A stretch of DNA of 64,000 nt. It comes from a virus. Its lineage: Duplodnaviria > Heunggongvirae > Uroviricota > Caudoviricetes. Shown here one piece after another: positions 28,185 through 37,476 of the stretch (positions are counted from its first letter, which is position 1; every line of letters begins with the position of its first letter). A model generated the notes under the pieces. The model saw only the letters and a program-made list of their open reading frames with translations, did not search any database and was not told the DNA's origin. The stretch is taken from the IMG/VR virus record IMGVR_UViG_3300020045_008999, positions 1-64,000 of that record; one strand, 5' to 3'. A program made the translations under genes and the position numbers.

Positions 28185-28427
28185 CTAGCGTTTATGTTCT
28201 TTGAATGCTGATTTTGTTTTATTTGAAAAAGCAATGAGATCGTTTAATGATAAGTTAAATTTACCCATACTAAATTCTTCGATTGCTCCAACTAAGTCGG
28301 TGAGTTCACAAATTTGTAAAACTTTATCTTTTTGTTGAAACGCATCTTCTAGTTCTAAAAATTCTTCTTTTATTTTAGAGAACTCTCCCAATTTACCTTT
28401 TGGTATTTCATTTACGTGGTATGCCAT
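28185..28427 (-). CDS. Hypothetical protein
   Basis: 80-aa ORF. Confidence 0.35.
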   Translation of the reverse strand: MAYHVNEIPKGKLGEFSKIKEEFLELEDAFQQKDKVLQICELTDLVGAIEEFSMGKFNLSLNDLIAFSNKTKSAFKEHKR

Positions 28428-28429
28428 TT

Positions 28430-28969
28430 TTATTTAATTGTGTTAATTATTTTAGAAAGTCGAGGTTCTGCTACACCGGTGGCGTATATCCATTCGAGGA
28501 ACTCACAATTACGTATCCCGTAGCTTCCGAGTTCCATTCCTTTGTATTCAATATCGAAACCATCTTCGGTATCTACGATTTCTACATTAGGAATGTAGTT
28601 TTTAAAAAATGTTAAACAAGTGTCCGTTATTTTAGTCAATTCTGCCCAATTGACAACATCTGTTTTTATTAATTCATTTTTCATAAAATATTTACTGTGA
28701 GTGAAATCGAAGCTTTCTAGTCTGTAACATGGTGTTATACATTGATATGAACCAAGTGGTAAGAATTCTTTCAAATATAAGTACAAAAAAGATTGTTCCC
28801 CAGAAGCAACCAGGCACTTGTCATTGTGTTTTAATTGAAATGATATAATCCCGGGTGGTTTTGTGATATTGTCAATGTATTCCGAAACGGTCCAAGGTGC
28901 CTCTATTCGTTTGAATCCAGCTTTTTCATAATATTCAATTGAATCGTGTAGTATTTTATAATTAATCAT
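28430..28969 (-). CDS. Hypothetical protein
   Basis: 179-aa ORF. Confidence 0.45.
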   Translation of the reverse strand: MINYKILHDSIEYYEKAGFKRIEAPWTVSEYIDNITKPPGIISFQLKHNDKCLVASGEQSFLYLYLKEFLPLGSYQCITPCYRLESFDFTHSKYFMKNELIKTDVVNWAELTKITDTCLTFFKNYIPNVEIVDTEDGFDIEYKGMELGSYGIRNCEFLEWIYATGVAEPRLSKIINTIK

Positions 28970-28979
28970 ATTACTCTTT

Positions 28980-29816
28980 TTAAACAGTTTCTGAGATAAT
29001 AGATGGGGTGGAACTTATTTGTTGTAAACATAGAACGTATAGGTGTTCAGATCCAAGTGCAGCAAGCCAATTATCAAAATAGTGTTCCAAAGTATTCGAT
29101 TTTGGATGAATTCCTTTGTGGTATAGCATGAAATCTTTTTTATTTTGTACTTTATCCGCAATGAGCATGTTGTTGACATCTTCAAGTGGTGATAGTCTAA
29201 TTTCTGATAAATTATGAATTTCTCTAGATGATAAATATTCATTGGCTACTGATCGGTATTCAACTGCTGTTATGATCACATTCGAATCAATTCCCTGGAA
29301 TTTATCAATATTCATAGTTAAGTCTGTATCAGATTGTAACATTGGGTGTAGACAATACGCTTTTTTAGCGGTCTCAGACGCATTAATATAGTTTAATATA
29401 TATAATCCTTCATCAATATGATTCATGAAAGCCACGCCGCTTCTGGATGCCTTGTCCCCTTGATAAAAATCACTGATCATGTCATATTCTATAAATGGCG
29501 AATTGTCCACAGAAATATAGTCAATGTTATGTTTGGTTAAATACTCTACAATACCACAATCCGGTGTAGTTAGAACGGTATGCTTTATTGTGTTGCGGTA
29601 AATACCTTTGTTGCGGAATTGGTCTAATATGTAAGTTGATTGGTACGTCTTACCGCCCTTTGTAAAAAAGGCAATTACACCATATTGAAATTCTAAAATT
29701 TCTAAAATTCTAAAATTATGTCTAAGTAATTGCTTTGCACGACTGTTTATATATTCGATCGCTTGTGCATTGGTGGTTGCGTTTAATTCGAACCTTTTCA
29801 TTTTTTCCATATTCAT
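28980..29816 (-). CDS. Hypothetical protein
   Basis: 278-aa ORF containing a 9-bp coding microsatellite. Confidence 0.45.
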   Translation of the reverse strand: MNMEKMKRFELNATTNAQAIEYINSRAKQLLRHNFRILEILEFQYGVIAFFTKGGKTYQSTYILDQFRNKGIYRNTIKHTVLTTPDCGIVEYLTKHNIDYISVDNSPFIEYDMISDFYQGDKASRSGVAFMNHIDEGLYILNYINASETAKKAYCLHPMLQSDTDLTMNIDKFQGIDSNVIITAVEYRSVANEYLSSREIHNLSEIRLSPLEDVNNMLIADKVQNKKDFMLYHKGIHPKSNTLEHYFDNWLAALGSEHLYVLCLQQISSTPSIISETV

Positions 29817-30307
29817 TATTTGTTTAGTATATTATCTATTTCTACCGATCTATTAAAAGCTTTCAAAAAATTATCATCAATGTGAAAAAAATCACAATTT
29901 GAATTAATTAGTGCGTTGATATTTTGAGAATTTATATCAATAAAATTGTTTTGAAAATCTGCGACACCACCAATATACATGGGCATGTCAACTATATTAG
30001 TAATATAATTAGCATCACATGTGAAGTCACCACTTACATAAATTGGTGCACCTACAAGTGAGGTTAAATGATTAAGAAAACAGTCAAAATATCCATCCAC
30101 TATTTTTGGCCCATTTTTTAAACTTGTCAATCCTTGTCCAATGCAAGTAAAATTCCCCTTAATATGATTGAATTTAATTGGAATATGTATGGTTTTCAAA
30201 TTAATAACAACATCCCCATCTACATCAATAGAATTATCTGGGTTAATTGTATAGTGATTGATTCCATATGCTCTACACAATACTTCTATTTTTTTGACAC
30301 TACTCAT
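29816..30307 (-). CDS. LRR-like repeat family protein, subfamily B
   Basis: N-terminal KKIEVLCRAYGINHYTINPDNSIDVDGDVVINLKTIHIPIKFNHIKGNFTC and C-terminal FHIDDNFLKAFNRSVEIDNIL. Confidence 0.55.
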   Translation of the reverse strand: MSSVKKIEVLCRAYGINHYTINPDNSIDVDGDVVINLKTIHIPIKFNHIKGNFTCIGQGLTSLKNGPKIVDGYFDCFLNHLTSLVGAPIYVSGDFTCDANYITNIVDMPMYIGGVADFQNNFIDINSQNINALINSNCDFFHIDDNFLKAFNRSVEIDNILNK

Positions 30308-30737
30308 TTCGTAATATTTTATTTATGGCGTTATGTCTGATGAATATTTTATTAAAATCATCATCAATAATCAAATGTCTAAAAATGGTATTATTTAATA
30401 TTTCAAAATTCAGTAAATCTTTAATTATTGGATTTCGGTGTGTAATTAAATCATCTCGAATTTCTAATGGCAATCCTACTAACGATCTTATATTATTATA
30501 AGACATAATTAATGTACCGTGTATTGTTTTGGGAAATCCTATTAATGATTCCAGACCTATCCCGGCCACATCAAAATCACCAAGTACGTAATTGAACTCG
30601 AATGGTAACTTAGTCATCGGGGTTCGAATGTAAACAGTCTCATAAATATTAACACTACCATTATTATTTATAGAAAATTTATTTATATGCGATTTATTGC
30701 AAAAATCATATATTAAATCTACGTGATGTGTGTACAT
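30300..30737 (-). CDS. LRR-like repeat family protein, subfamily B
   Basis: C-terminal LIIDDDFNKIFIRHNAINKIL. Tandem with 29816-30307 and overlaps it by 8 bp. Confidence 0.5.
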   Translation of the reverse strand: MYTHHVDLIYDFCNKSHINKFSINNNGSVNIYETVYIRTPMTKLPFEFNYVLGDFDVAGIGLESLIGFPKTIHGTLIMSYNNIRSLVGLPLEIRDDLITHRNPIIKDLLNFEILNNTIFRHLIIDDDFNKIFIRHNAINKILRNE

Positions 30738-30742
30738 TCTAG

Positions 30743-31048
30743 TTATGCATTATTTAGCGAATACCACCAGAGATTGAATTTGTCCAAAGCAATTTTTTCT
30801 GCATTTTTACCACCAACACAATCTTCGTAATGATATGGTGATTTTGTTTCACCATCTGCGTGTTTTAATCCGCTTCTAATGCAAAATAAACTTGCACCTT
30901 CTGATATTTCAAACCATTCTATCATCGTCATTCCATAAGCTATTTTAAATTCAGGTCTTAGCTTTAAAATTTGTCTCTTAGATAAACGAGGCATAACAGC
31001 CGTTTGGTAAGATTGGGTATTTGTGTTTTCAAAATTATTATTTCCCAT
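30743..31048 (-). CDS. Hypothetical protein
   Basis: 101-aa ORF. Confidence 0.4.
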   Translation of the reverse strand: MGNNNFENTNTQSYQTAVMPRLSKRQILKLRPEFKIAYGMTMIEWFEISEGASLFCIRSGLKHADGETKSPYHYEDCVGGKNAEKIALDKFNLWWYSLNNA

Positions 31049-31117
31049 CGGTTTTTATTGTTTTTGAATTTAATATTAGTTTTTATTTATTCACAACCTC
31101 ACCAAGCGGCAGAGCGT

Positions 31118-31639
31118 TTACTTTATTTGATTTACTAAATCAACGAGAACATCACCATGGCATTTCAATGGTGAGCACCAGCAGCCCAGTGTTTTACCTT
31201 TCAATTCGAATAAATCATTCAGAAGATGTTTACCATCGCCAATAGTAATCCATGTACGATAAGCGGCCACCGCCTCTTCGCGGGTATTTACTTTGAATTC
31301 GGCAAGGGTGTTTGCCTTGTGTGAATATGGATTGCCATATTTGGATGGGCGGCAAATCAAAACATCATAGGGTTCTTTCTTATGATGTACTACGCGACAT
31401 TGTTTTTTTACTTCAATATATTCACTGATAAATTCAGGGTATGTAATTTCCCAATCGTCCGGATACTTATCACAATACCATTTATCATTGGATGTGAAGT
31501 ATTCCACACCACCTTTGAAAACTATATTCGTAAATGGGTAAATATGTGAACTACATATTATCCCGTTATTGATTAGAAATTCTTCGATTTCGTTACCCTG
31601 ATCCGGTGTAATTTGAATTCTAAATGGTCTAATTATCAT
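31118..31639 (-). CDS. DUF4326-domain protein
   Basis: C-terminal YDVLICRPSKYGNPYSH...GKTLGCWCSPLKCHGDVLVDLVN matches the DUF4326 signature (G-W-G-N-P ... CWC..CH.D). Confidence 0.5.
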   Translation of the reverse strand: MIIRPFRIQITPDQGNEIEEFLINNGIICSSHIYPFTNIVFKGGVEYFTSNDKWYCDKYPDDWEITYPEFISEYIEVKKQCRVVHHKKEPYDVLICRPSKYGNPYSHKANTLAEFKVNTREEAVAAYRTWITIGDGKHLLNDLFELKGKTLGCWCSPLKCHGDVLVDLVNQIK

Positions 31640-32088
31640 ATAATTATTTCTGTATTTGATGTGTAATTATTAATTACTGAAAGATCCCATATACACCCAC
31701 TACTTATGTCCCAAGAATGTAGCCATATTTTATATAATACTGGTAATATATTGGAATATTTCAGAGAATGAAAATTATTAATTTCGACACCGGAATAGTC
31801 TTCTGTCAGTTTTTTAAAATCAATTAATATCATGCCGTGTAATTTAATAGCATATTTATTATAAAAATTAAGTAATTCTTCGGGCGTTTCTATTATTAAT
31901 ATCTTGGTAATATCAATATCCAGTATTAAATTGTTTGGATGTATACAATCTGGGAAAATGTCTTTGCACCAATCTACCCATTGGTTGTCTATAGCATACC
32001 ACAATCCATTTGGTTTAATTTCCGGCACTTGTGTATATACTCTGGTTAAATCAATTATATCATTTATGTTATTGTTGATTCTAATCAT
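31636..32088 (-). CDS. Hypothetical protein
   Basis: 150-aa ORF. Confidence 0.4.
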   Translation of the reverse strand: MIRINNNINDIIDLTRVYTQVPEIKPNGLWYAIDNQWVDWCKDIFPDCIHPNNLILDIDITKILIIETPEELLNFYNKYAIKLHGMILIDFKKLTEDYSGVEINNFHSLKYSNILPVLYKIWLHSWDISSGCIWDLSVINNYTSNTEIII

Positions 32089-32152
32089 GGTTAGATTGTA
32101 ATAATTTTAGTTTAGTGAAATTAAAAACAAATGTAGCTAAAAAATTATATAA

Positions 32153-32380
32153 ATGCAAAAAAATATTATATTTGTAAAAAATATAAAATCGAGTAGAAAC
32201 ATGAAAAGTGATAAAATTAATAAGTGTAAAGGTACCCTATCAAATAGCAAATATGAGCGGGATAAAATAAAAACATTATATAATTGGGTAAAAACAGATT
32301 ATATAAATTTGGAAGAGTATATTATTCTTAGCGAATGGGTGTTTATGAATTATAATTCGGATCGCGAATTATTGTCTTAA
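32153..32380 (+). CDS. Hypothetical basic protein
   Basis: 75-aa ORF. Lone plus-strand gene within the minus-strand array. Confidence 0.35.
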   Translation: MQKNIIFVKNIKSSRNMKSDKINKCKGTLSNSKYERDKIKTLYNWVKTDYINLEEYIILSEWVFMNYNSDRELLS

Positions 32381-32386
32381 AAAATA

Positions 32387-32415
32387 AAAAGCCCCTAATA
32401 TATTAGGGGCTTTTT
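32387..32415. terminator. Strong bidirectional rho-independent terminator (aaagcccctaatatattaggggcttttt)
   Basis: 9-bp GC-containing stem with A-tract before and T-tract after. Confidence 0.7.
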
Positions 32416-32437
32416 ATTTAAAGATTTTTTGTTAATT

Positions 32438-33028
32438 TTAGGTCTGGAGTAAGTATGGTACTAGAATATCGTTGGTAGATACGATTTGTTCCTCACCGGT
32501 TTCCAACTTTACTTTAATTTCTCTGGATGTTATTCCGTTTTTCGCATCTAAACGATCTATAATTTTGACTGGTGATCCTTTTTTTGCTAAAATTACATTA
32601 TCGGTAAGAATTTGTTTTGAAAATTCAATGTGGTACCCCGCATTCATTTCCAATTCGTAATCGTCACCGCTAATTAAATCAAAATTAAAATCACCAATGT
32701 CATTTCTTAGTAAGCTAAGCAAATAAGAATGGGTTTGTTCAAATAGAGCTTTAGAAACCCATTTGAATTTTTCCGATGATTTTCTTCCACCTTGGTATGA
32801 AATTGCAATAATTGTATCATCTAAAAAATATACTCTGCCACCAACATATGAATCAGTACACAACCATTTTGAATAAAACGCTGATGTTATTCTACTGTTG
32901 TTACCATCTAGGTAATCGTAAATATCAAAAGCGTTGGCAATTTCGGTCAAGTCGGTATAAGCATTAGATCCTATACGATCATCCGTATTACTACGATCTA
33001 CATTTAATATAATGTCAATTAATTTCAT
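32438..33028 (-). CDS. Hypothetical protein
   Basis: 196-aa ORF. Confidence 0.45.
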   Translation of the reverse strand: MKLIDIILNVDRSNTDDRIGSNAYTDLTEIANAFDIYDYLDGNNSRITSAFYSKWLCTDSYVGGRVYFLDDTIIAISYQGGRKSSEKFKWVSKALFEQTHSYLLSLLRNDIGDFNFDLISGDDYELEMNAGYHIEFSKQILTDNVILAKKGSPVKIIDRLDAKNGITSREIKVKLETGEEQIVSTNDILVPYLLQT

Positions 33029-33043
33029 ATTAGTGTTTGTTTT

Positions 33044-33709
33044 TTATCGGTTAACTAATTTAAGTAATTTGAATATATTAGTAAAAGTAAGTTTTGTCTT
33101 TATGGATTTGAAAATTACCGAATTGTCATCTAATGTTATGGAGTGGCCGATGAAAATTTGTGGATGTAAGTATACATTATGACCAATTACTACATCTTCT
33201 TCAATTTCAACCAAATCTGAAATAATACATTCTTTTCCGATTAAAGTATTTTTAGAAATTTTTACATCCTCGCCAATGGTGGATGCTTCCTCTACAACTA
33301 CATTGGTAGCAATATTAACCCCATTGTGAATATTTGCCTTTGGGTATATCAAAACATTTTTGCGAATATTAACGCGGGACCCGATAGTTACCTGATTACC
33401 GATGGTAACATCGTTGCTTATGTCACTGTTATTTTTTATGATAGATCTATCCCCAATTGTCGTGGTTTCGCCAATTTTATTATTACCACCTAGAAATACT
33501 TGATCACCCAAGACAACATCTTTTGCGATGATAATATTCCTAGAACACAATTCAATTCGAATATCGTCAATATTTGAATACATGAAATTGCTTCGTGAGC
33601 CATTTTCATTCCCTAATGTAATTGATTTCATCATGATTATTTGGTTTAAGTTAGAATAAAACACAAATATATAAAAAAGATTCTTAAATTCCAAATGTTT
33701 TTTGAACAA
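33044..33709 (-). CDS. Hexapeptide-repeat (left-handed beta-helix) protein, acyl/acetyltransferase- or bactofilin-like
   Basis: More than 15 consecutive [LIV]-G-x-x-x-x hexads (VVLGDQVFLGGNNKIGETTTIGDRSII...). Confidence 0.55.
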   Translation of the reverse strand: MFKKHLEFKNLFYIFVFYSNLNQIIMMKSITLGNENGSRSNFMYSNIDDIRIELCSRNIIIAKDVVLGDQVFLGGNNKIGETTTIGDRSIIKNNSDISNDVTIGNQVTIGSRVNIRKNVLIYPKANIHNGVNIATNVVVEEASTIGEDVKISKNTLIGKECIISDLVEIEEDVVIGHNVYLHPQIFIGHSITLDDNSVIFKSIKTKLTFTNIFKLLKLVNR

Positions 33710-33718
33710 TCAATCTAA

Positions 33719-34417
33719 TTATAACAAACCGTCTTTGATTTCTGTTATTAGATCTTTGAAATTTAATTCATTTAGCGAGTAATCAGCATTCCAAATTTCA
33801 AAGTGTCGTTGGTATTTTAAAATCACCGAATGGGTGTTCCCTTTATTTTCACCGAGATGATCATATTTGATTGCTTTTATTATTTTTGTAGGAAGTGGGT
33901 TGTTTGATATGTAAAAATCCCCACCTAAATCAATGTCAGTATCACCACAGAATAAGGAACTTAATTTATTATTTTGTAAATTAAAATCACCACCAATAGT
34001 ATGTGGTGCGCCTATTAAATTTTTCAGTCTATTCAACGATGTATTGAAGTATTTACCAACATGTTTTGGTCCACCAATGAGTGATACTAAATCACAGTTG
34101 TGTGAATCATAGTCACCATCGACATGTTTTGGTCCACCCTCTAATGATAATAATTTTTTTAATCCGAAGCATTTAAAGTCACCGGATACGTATTGTGGGG
34201 CCCCAGTGAGAGTAGTAAGACCACTCATTTGTGCCAAGAAATCACCGTTCACTTTATTGAATCTCAATGGTAATTCAGTCATATTTATTTGTCGAATTAA
34301 AAATACATTGCCATTAACATCAATCGATCCATCTAAATTTATTGTATAATTTTCAATTCCAAAATCATTACATATTCCATTGATAGTATCTAATTCTTTT
34401 ACGGTAAGTAATTTCAT
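33719..34417 (-). CDS. LRR-like repeat family protein, subfamily A (C-terminal ILKYQRHFEIWN motif)
   Basis: N-terminal TVKELDTINGICNDFGIENYTINLDGSIDVNGNV. Seven GxP-HVGG-F repeat units. C-terminal ILKYQRHFEIWNADYSLNELNFKDLITEIKDGLL. Confidence 0.6.
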   Translation of the reverse strand: MKLLTVKELDTINGICNDFGIENYTINLDGSIDVNGNVFLIRQINMTELPLRFNKVNGDFLAQMSGLTTLTGAPQYVSGDFKCFGLKKLLSLEGGPKHVDGDYDSHNCDLVSLIGGPKHVGKYFNTSLNRLKNLIGAPHTIGGDFNLQNNKLSSLFCGDTDIDLGGDFYISNNPLPTKIIKAIKYDHLGENKGNTHSVILKYQRHFEIWNADYSLNELNFKDLITEIKDGLL

Positions 34418-34422
34418 TTTAA

Positions 34423-34983
34423 TTATTTCATTTTCACATTAACTGATCTACTATCAGCAATTTGTTTGTTTTCGTTGAAACTCACTGATACTTTTTTGGA
34501 CATTTTTACTTCAAAATCATCTTCCCATGGGACAAATACCGTATTGTCTGCAATTACTTCCATTTTAACGCGGCCTTTGGTACCTTCTTTAAAAATACTC
34601 ATTTTTTTAATGGGGATGTTCACATTGCCGTATTGATCTATCTCACCGTCGATGAAAATGTTCCATTCTTCGGTTTCGAATAATAACCTTACCGATGTAG
34701 AATCAATTGTAGCACCCTCTACTGAAATTTCACAATTAAAATTTTCAGATTTGTCTTTGTATATTTTATAGAAATTATTATCAACCGCTTCGATTACGGT
34801 TGGTTTGTGTACAATTTGTTCAATGTATTGATTTTTCTCAATGATAGGTTCTGTCTGCGGCACCACTGTTTCAGTGATTACCGTATCTATAGGAGCTGGT
34901 GTTGAAATAATTTGTGGTTGCACTTTTTCAGTATCACCCACTAAATTATTAAAATATTCCATGAAATCTTTAATGTCGTCCAT
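34423..34983 (-). CDS. Hypothetical protein
   Basis: 186-aa ORF. Last gene of the minus-strand array. Confidence 0.45.
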   Translation of the reverse strand: MDDIKDFMEYFNNLVGDTEKVQPQIISTPAPIDTVITETVVPQTEPIIEKNQYIEQIVHKPTVIEAVDNNFYKIYKDKSENFNCEISVEGATIDSTSVRLLFETEEWNIFIDGEIDQYGNVNIPIKKMSIFKEGTKGRVKMEVIADNTVFVPWEDDFEVKMSKKVSVSFNENKQIADSRSVNVKMK

Positions 34984-35107
34984 TCCAAATGATTAGTTTG
35001 AAGTATATATTAATATTATTTATTCGCATTTCACTAAACAAAGTTTATGAATTTTACTATATACTAATAATTAATCTATTAAAAATCAATACTAATATAT
35101 AAATATT

Positions 35108-37435
35108 ATGCCAGCAATAAGAGATTCCTCATTTAAATTTAATACCGCAACCGCAACCACACTAGTATTGCCGGCGGTAAATGTACTTGTAAATGATTTG
35201 ATGATTGCTTTAATTTCTATAGATACCGGTACTTCGGCGGTTACCGCAACCGGATGGACGGAATTATTTAGAACGACATCTACGTCTCAACTCGTATGTA
35301 TGTATAAAATTAGTAATGGTACCGAAGAAGATATTACATTTACATATGCAGTAGAAACGGCGGTGGGTTGTTTAATATCCATTAAAGATGTTAATACAAC
35401 CAATCCGTTTGGTGCCACGCCGGTTTTTAATAGTGTCGCTTCTGCTACCACTGCTAAAATAACGATGCAACAAATCACCACTACTATTCCAAATTCGTTA
35501 ATTTTATATGTTAACGGCCGTTCCGCTGTAGGAATACCGTCATTTTTGGAGGGGGCGGTTAGTAGTTTGTTTGCGGGTGATGGTGGTGCTGAATCATTAG
35601 CTGTTGGTTGGGGCTTCCAAGCAAATGTGGGAACTACCCCAAATAATATAGTATCATCAGCATTGACCGCGGTAGCCGGAGTTCGTGCAGTAATTCAGAT
35701 AGCACCACCTAGTGGTGGTGCTACAATAATTCCAACGTATTGTACATCGGATAGTTCAATTTATGTGGATCCCATAAATGGCACTAGTGCATATAATGGT
35801 AATACCGCATTGGCAGCAACCGCCGATACTGGTTTTAGTACAACACTTGGTGCATTTGCAGCAGCGGATGCTACGGTAGCAGCAGTTGCGGATGTTGGGA
35901 TTAACTCATTCCACTCTGTTGGTAGATTGACTTCAATATCAGCCAGTAAGAATTTATCTGGTGCCGAATTAGTTCTATTAGATGCCAATCGACCAAATAT
36001 AACTGGTAAGAATATATTAGTGCATTTGGGGGCGAGTACCGAGGGGCAGTTGCAACGATTTTCTAGTGTGGCCTCGGGTAGAGGAATCTGGTTTGGTGTA
36101 AGAAGTGGGGCGGCAGCCAATTGGAAGATCTGGCAAGTGTTTGGTGTGGAAAATGGTAGTGAGCGTCATAAACCAGTGGTGATAAATGAAAGTGCGTTAA
36201 ATGTTAAATCATCGAATGGAACTTTGGCCACCACTCTTGCTAAGGCTTTTGGATTTTGGGTTTCCGGTACGGGGGTTTTGACCACTATTTTCGATTTTGC
36301 TTCATTGTGGGTATTAGATACTTGTGTTGTTGGAGGGGGGAATGTGGCATTTCCGATGGATGTATCTGGAATAACCAGTGCCGTTGCTAAGGGAAAGGAA
36401 CGTAAAAACATATTACAACAAGGTGCCAAACAAGCTTTAATACTTAGTCATGTACAGTTAGGAAATGGTGGAACTAATCCAATATATTTGAATTTGGATG
36501 GTACAGCCATTGAGTTTCCGAAGCAATATAATGAGAGTACTGCTGAGGTAAGTTATAATAGTGTGGATAATGTCTGTGGGTTAACGTATTATGCGGGTGC
36601 AAGTGATGTTATAAAACACGTCAATTCTGTAGTATCATCTTCATCAAGATATCAGTGGGGATTACATCCATCTAGTTCGGCATCGGCTTCTTATGATTTT
36701 TCTGGTCTTTCAGTGATTGGCGCGGGTACGGTAATGTTGGGAATTGCCATCATCATTTCTGATTTGACTATTAATAGTTACACTACTTTAGACATAACAA
36801 ATGCTGATTTAATAGGGTGTTCGATCTTGAATGTTCCAACTACGAATGACAGTATGACTTCTAACACATCTACTTCAATTACCGAGGGTATAATAAACGT
36901 AACCGGTGTTACAGCGGGTAACAGATGGTGTTCAGTTGCAAACCCATCTATTTTCACTAATTCTACGTTTATCGGATCTGGTAGCTCAGGTCATGCAATT
37001 CGTATTACAACCCCCGGTACATATACCTTAACTAAACTTACATTTACCTCATTTGGGGCAAGCGCGACTAACTTCTCAGCTATTTATAATGATAGTGGTG
37101 GTTTAGTCACGCTGAATGTTTCAGGAGGTAATTCACCTACAATTAGAAATGGGACCAGTGCATCTACTGTTGTGAATAATGTAATAACCCTAACTCTTAA
37201 TGGTTTGGTTACTGGTTCTGATATTGTTTTCTTGGTTGCTGGTACAACTACGCGTAGAGCAAATATTGATAGTAATGTGGGTTCTACATGGGCATATGTT
37301 TATGCGACTGTTGAAAATGTAGATATTTTAGTTTATAAGTCAGGTTATTTACCGTTTACTATCCGAAACTATGCATTATCAACATCAAGTACTTCATTGC
37401 CAATAGCCCAGGTTAGTGATCGTAACTATGCATAA
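35108..37435 (+). CDS. Large virion structural protein (putative tail fiber / receptor-binding)
   Basis: 775 aa, Ala/Thr/Gly/Ser/Asn-rich beta-type composition. First of three large co-directional ORFs with minimal spacing. Confidence 0.4.
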   Translation: MPAIRDSSFKFNTATATTLVLPAVNVLVNDLMIALISIDTGTSAVTATGWTELFRTTSTSQLVCMYKISNGTEEDITFTYAVETAVGCLISIKDVNTTNPFGATPVFNSVASATTAKITMQQITTTIPNSLILYVNGRSAVGIPSFLEGAVSSLFAGDGGAESLAVGWGFQANVGTTPNNIVSSALTAVAGVRAVIQIAPPSGGATIIPTYCTSDSSIYVDPINGTSAYNGNTALAATADTGFSTTLGAFAAADATVAAVADVGINSFHSVGRLTSISASKNLSGAELVLLDANRPNITGKNILVHLGASTEGQLQRFSSVASGRGIWFGVRSGAAANWKIWQVFGVENGSERHKPVVINESALNVKSSNGTLATTLAKAFGFWVSGTGVLTTIFDFASLWVLDTCVVGGGNVAFPMDVSGITSAVAKGKERKNILQQGAKQALILSHVQLGNGGTNPIYLNLDGTAIEFPKQYNESTAEVSYNSVDNVCGLTYYAGASDVIKHVNSVVSSSSRYQWGLHPSSSASASYDFSGLSVIGAGTVMLGIAIIISDLTINSYTTLDITNADLIGCSILNVPTTNDSMTSNTSTSITEGIINVTGVTAGNRWCSVANPSIFTNSTFIGSGSSGHAIRITTPGTYTLTKLTFTSFGASATNFSAIYNDSGGLVTLNVSGGNSPTIRNGTSASTVVNNVITLTLNGLVTGSDIVFLVAGTTTRRANIDSNVGSTWAYVYATVENVDILVYKSGYLPFTIRNYALSTSSTSLPIAQVSDRNYA

Positions 37436-37476
37436 AATAAAATTAATATATAATAAATTAAAATAAAACTAAATAA

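Noticed and set aside
29690-29722. Tandem 9-bp repeat (ttctaaaat x3), checked as a possible CRISPR or minisatellite
   Set aside because: It lies inside the 28980-29816 coding frame (encodes RILEILEF), is far too short, and has no spacer structure. No CRISPR-like array exists anywhere in the window.
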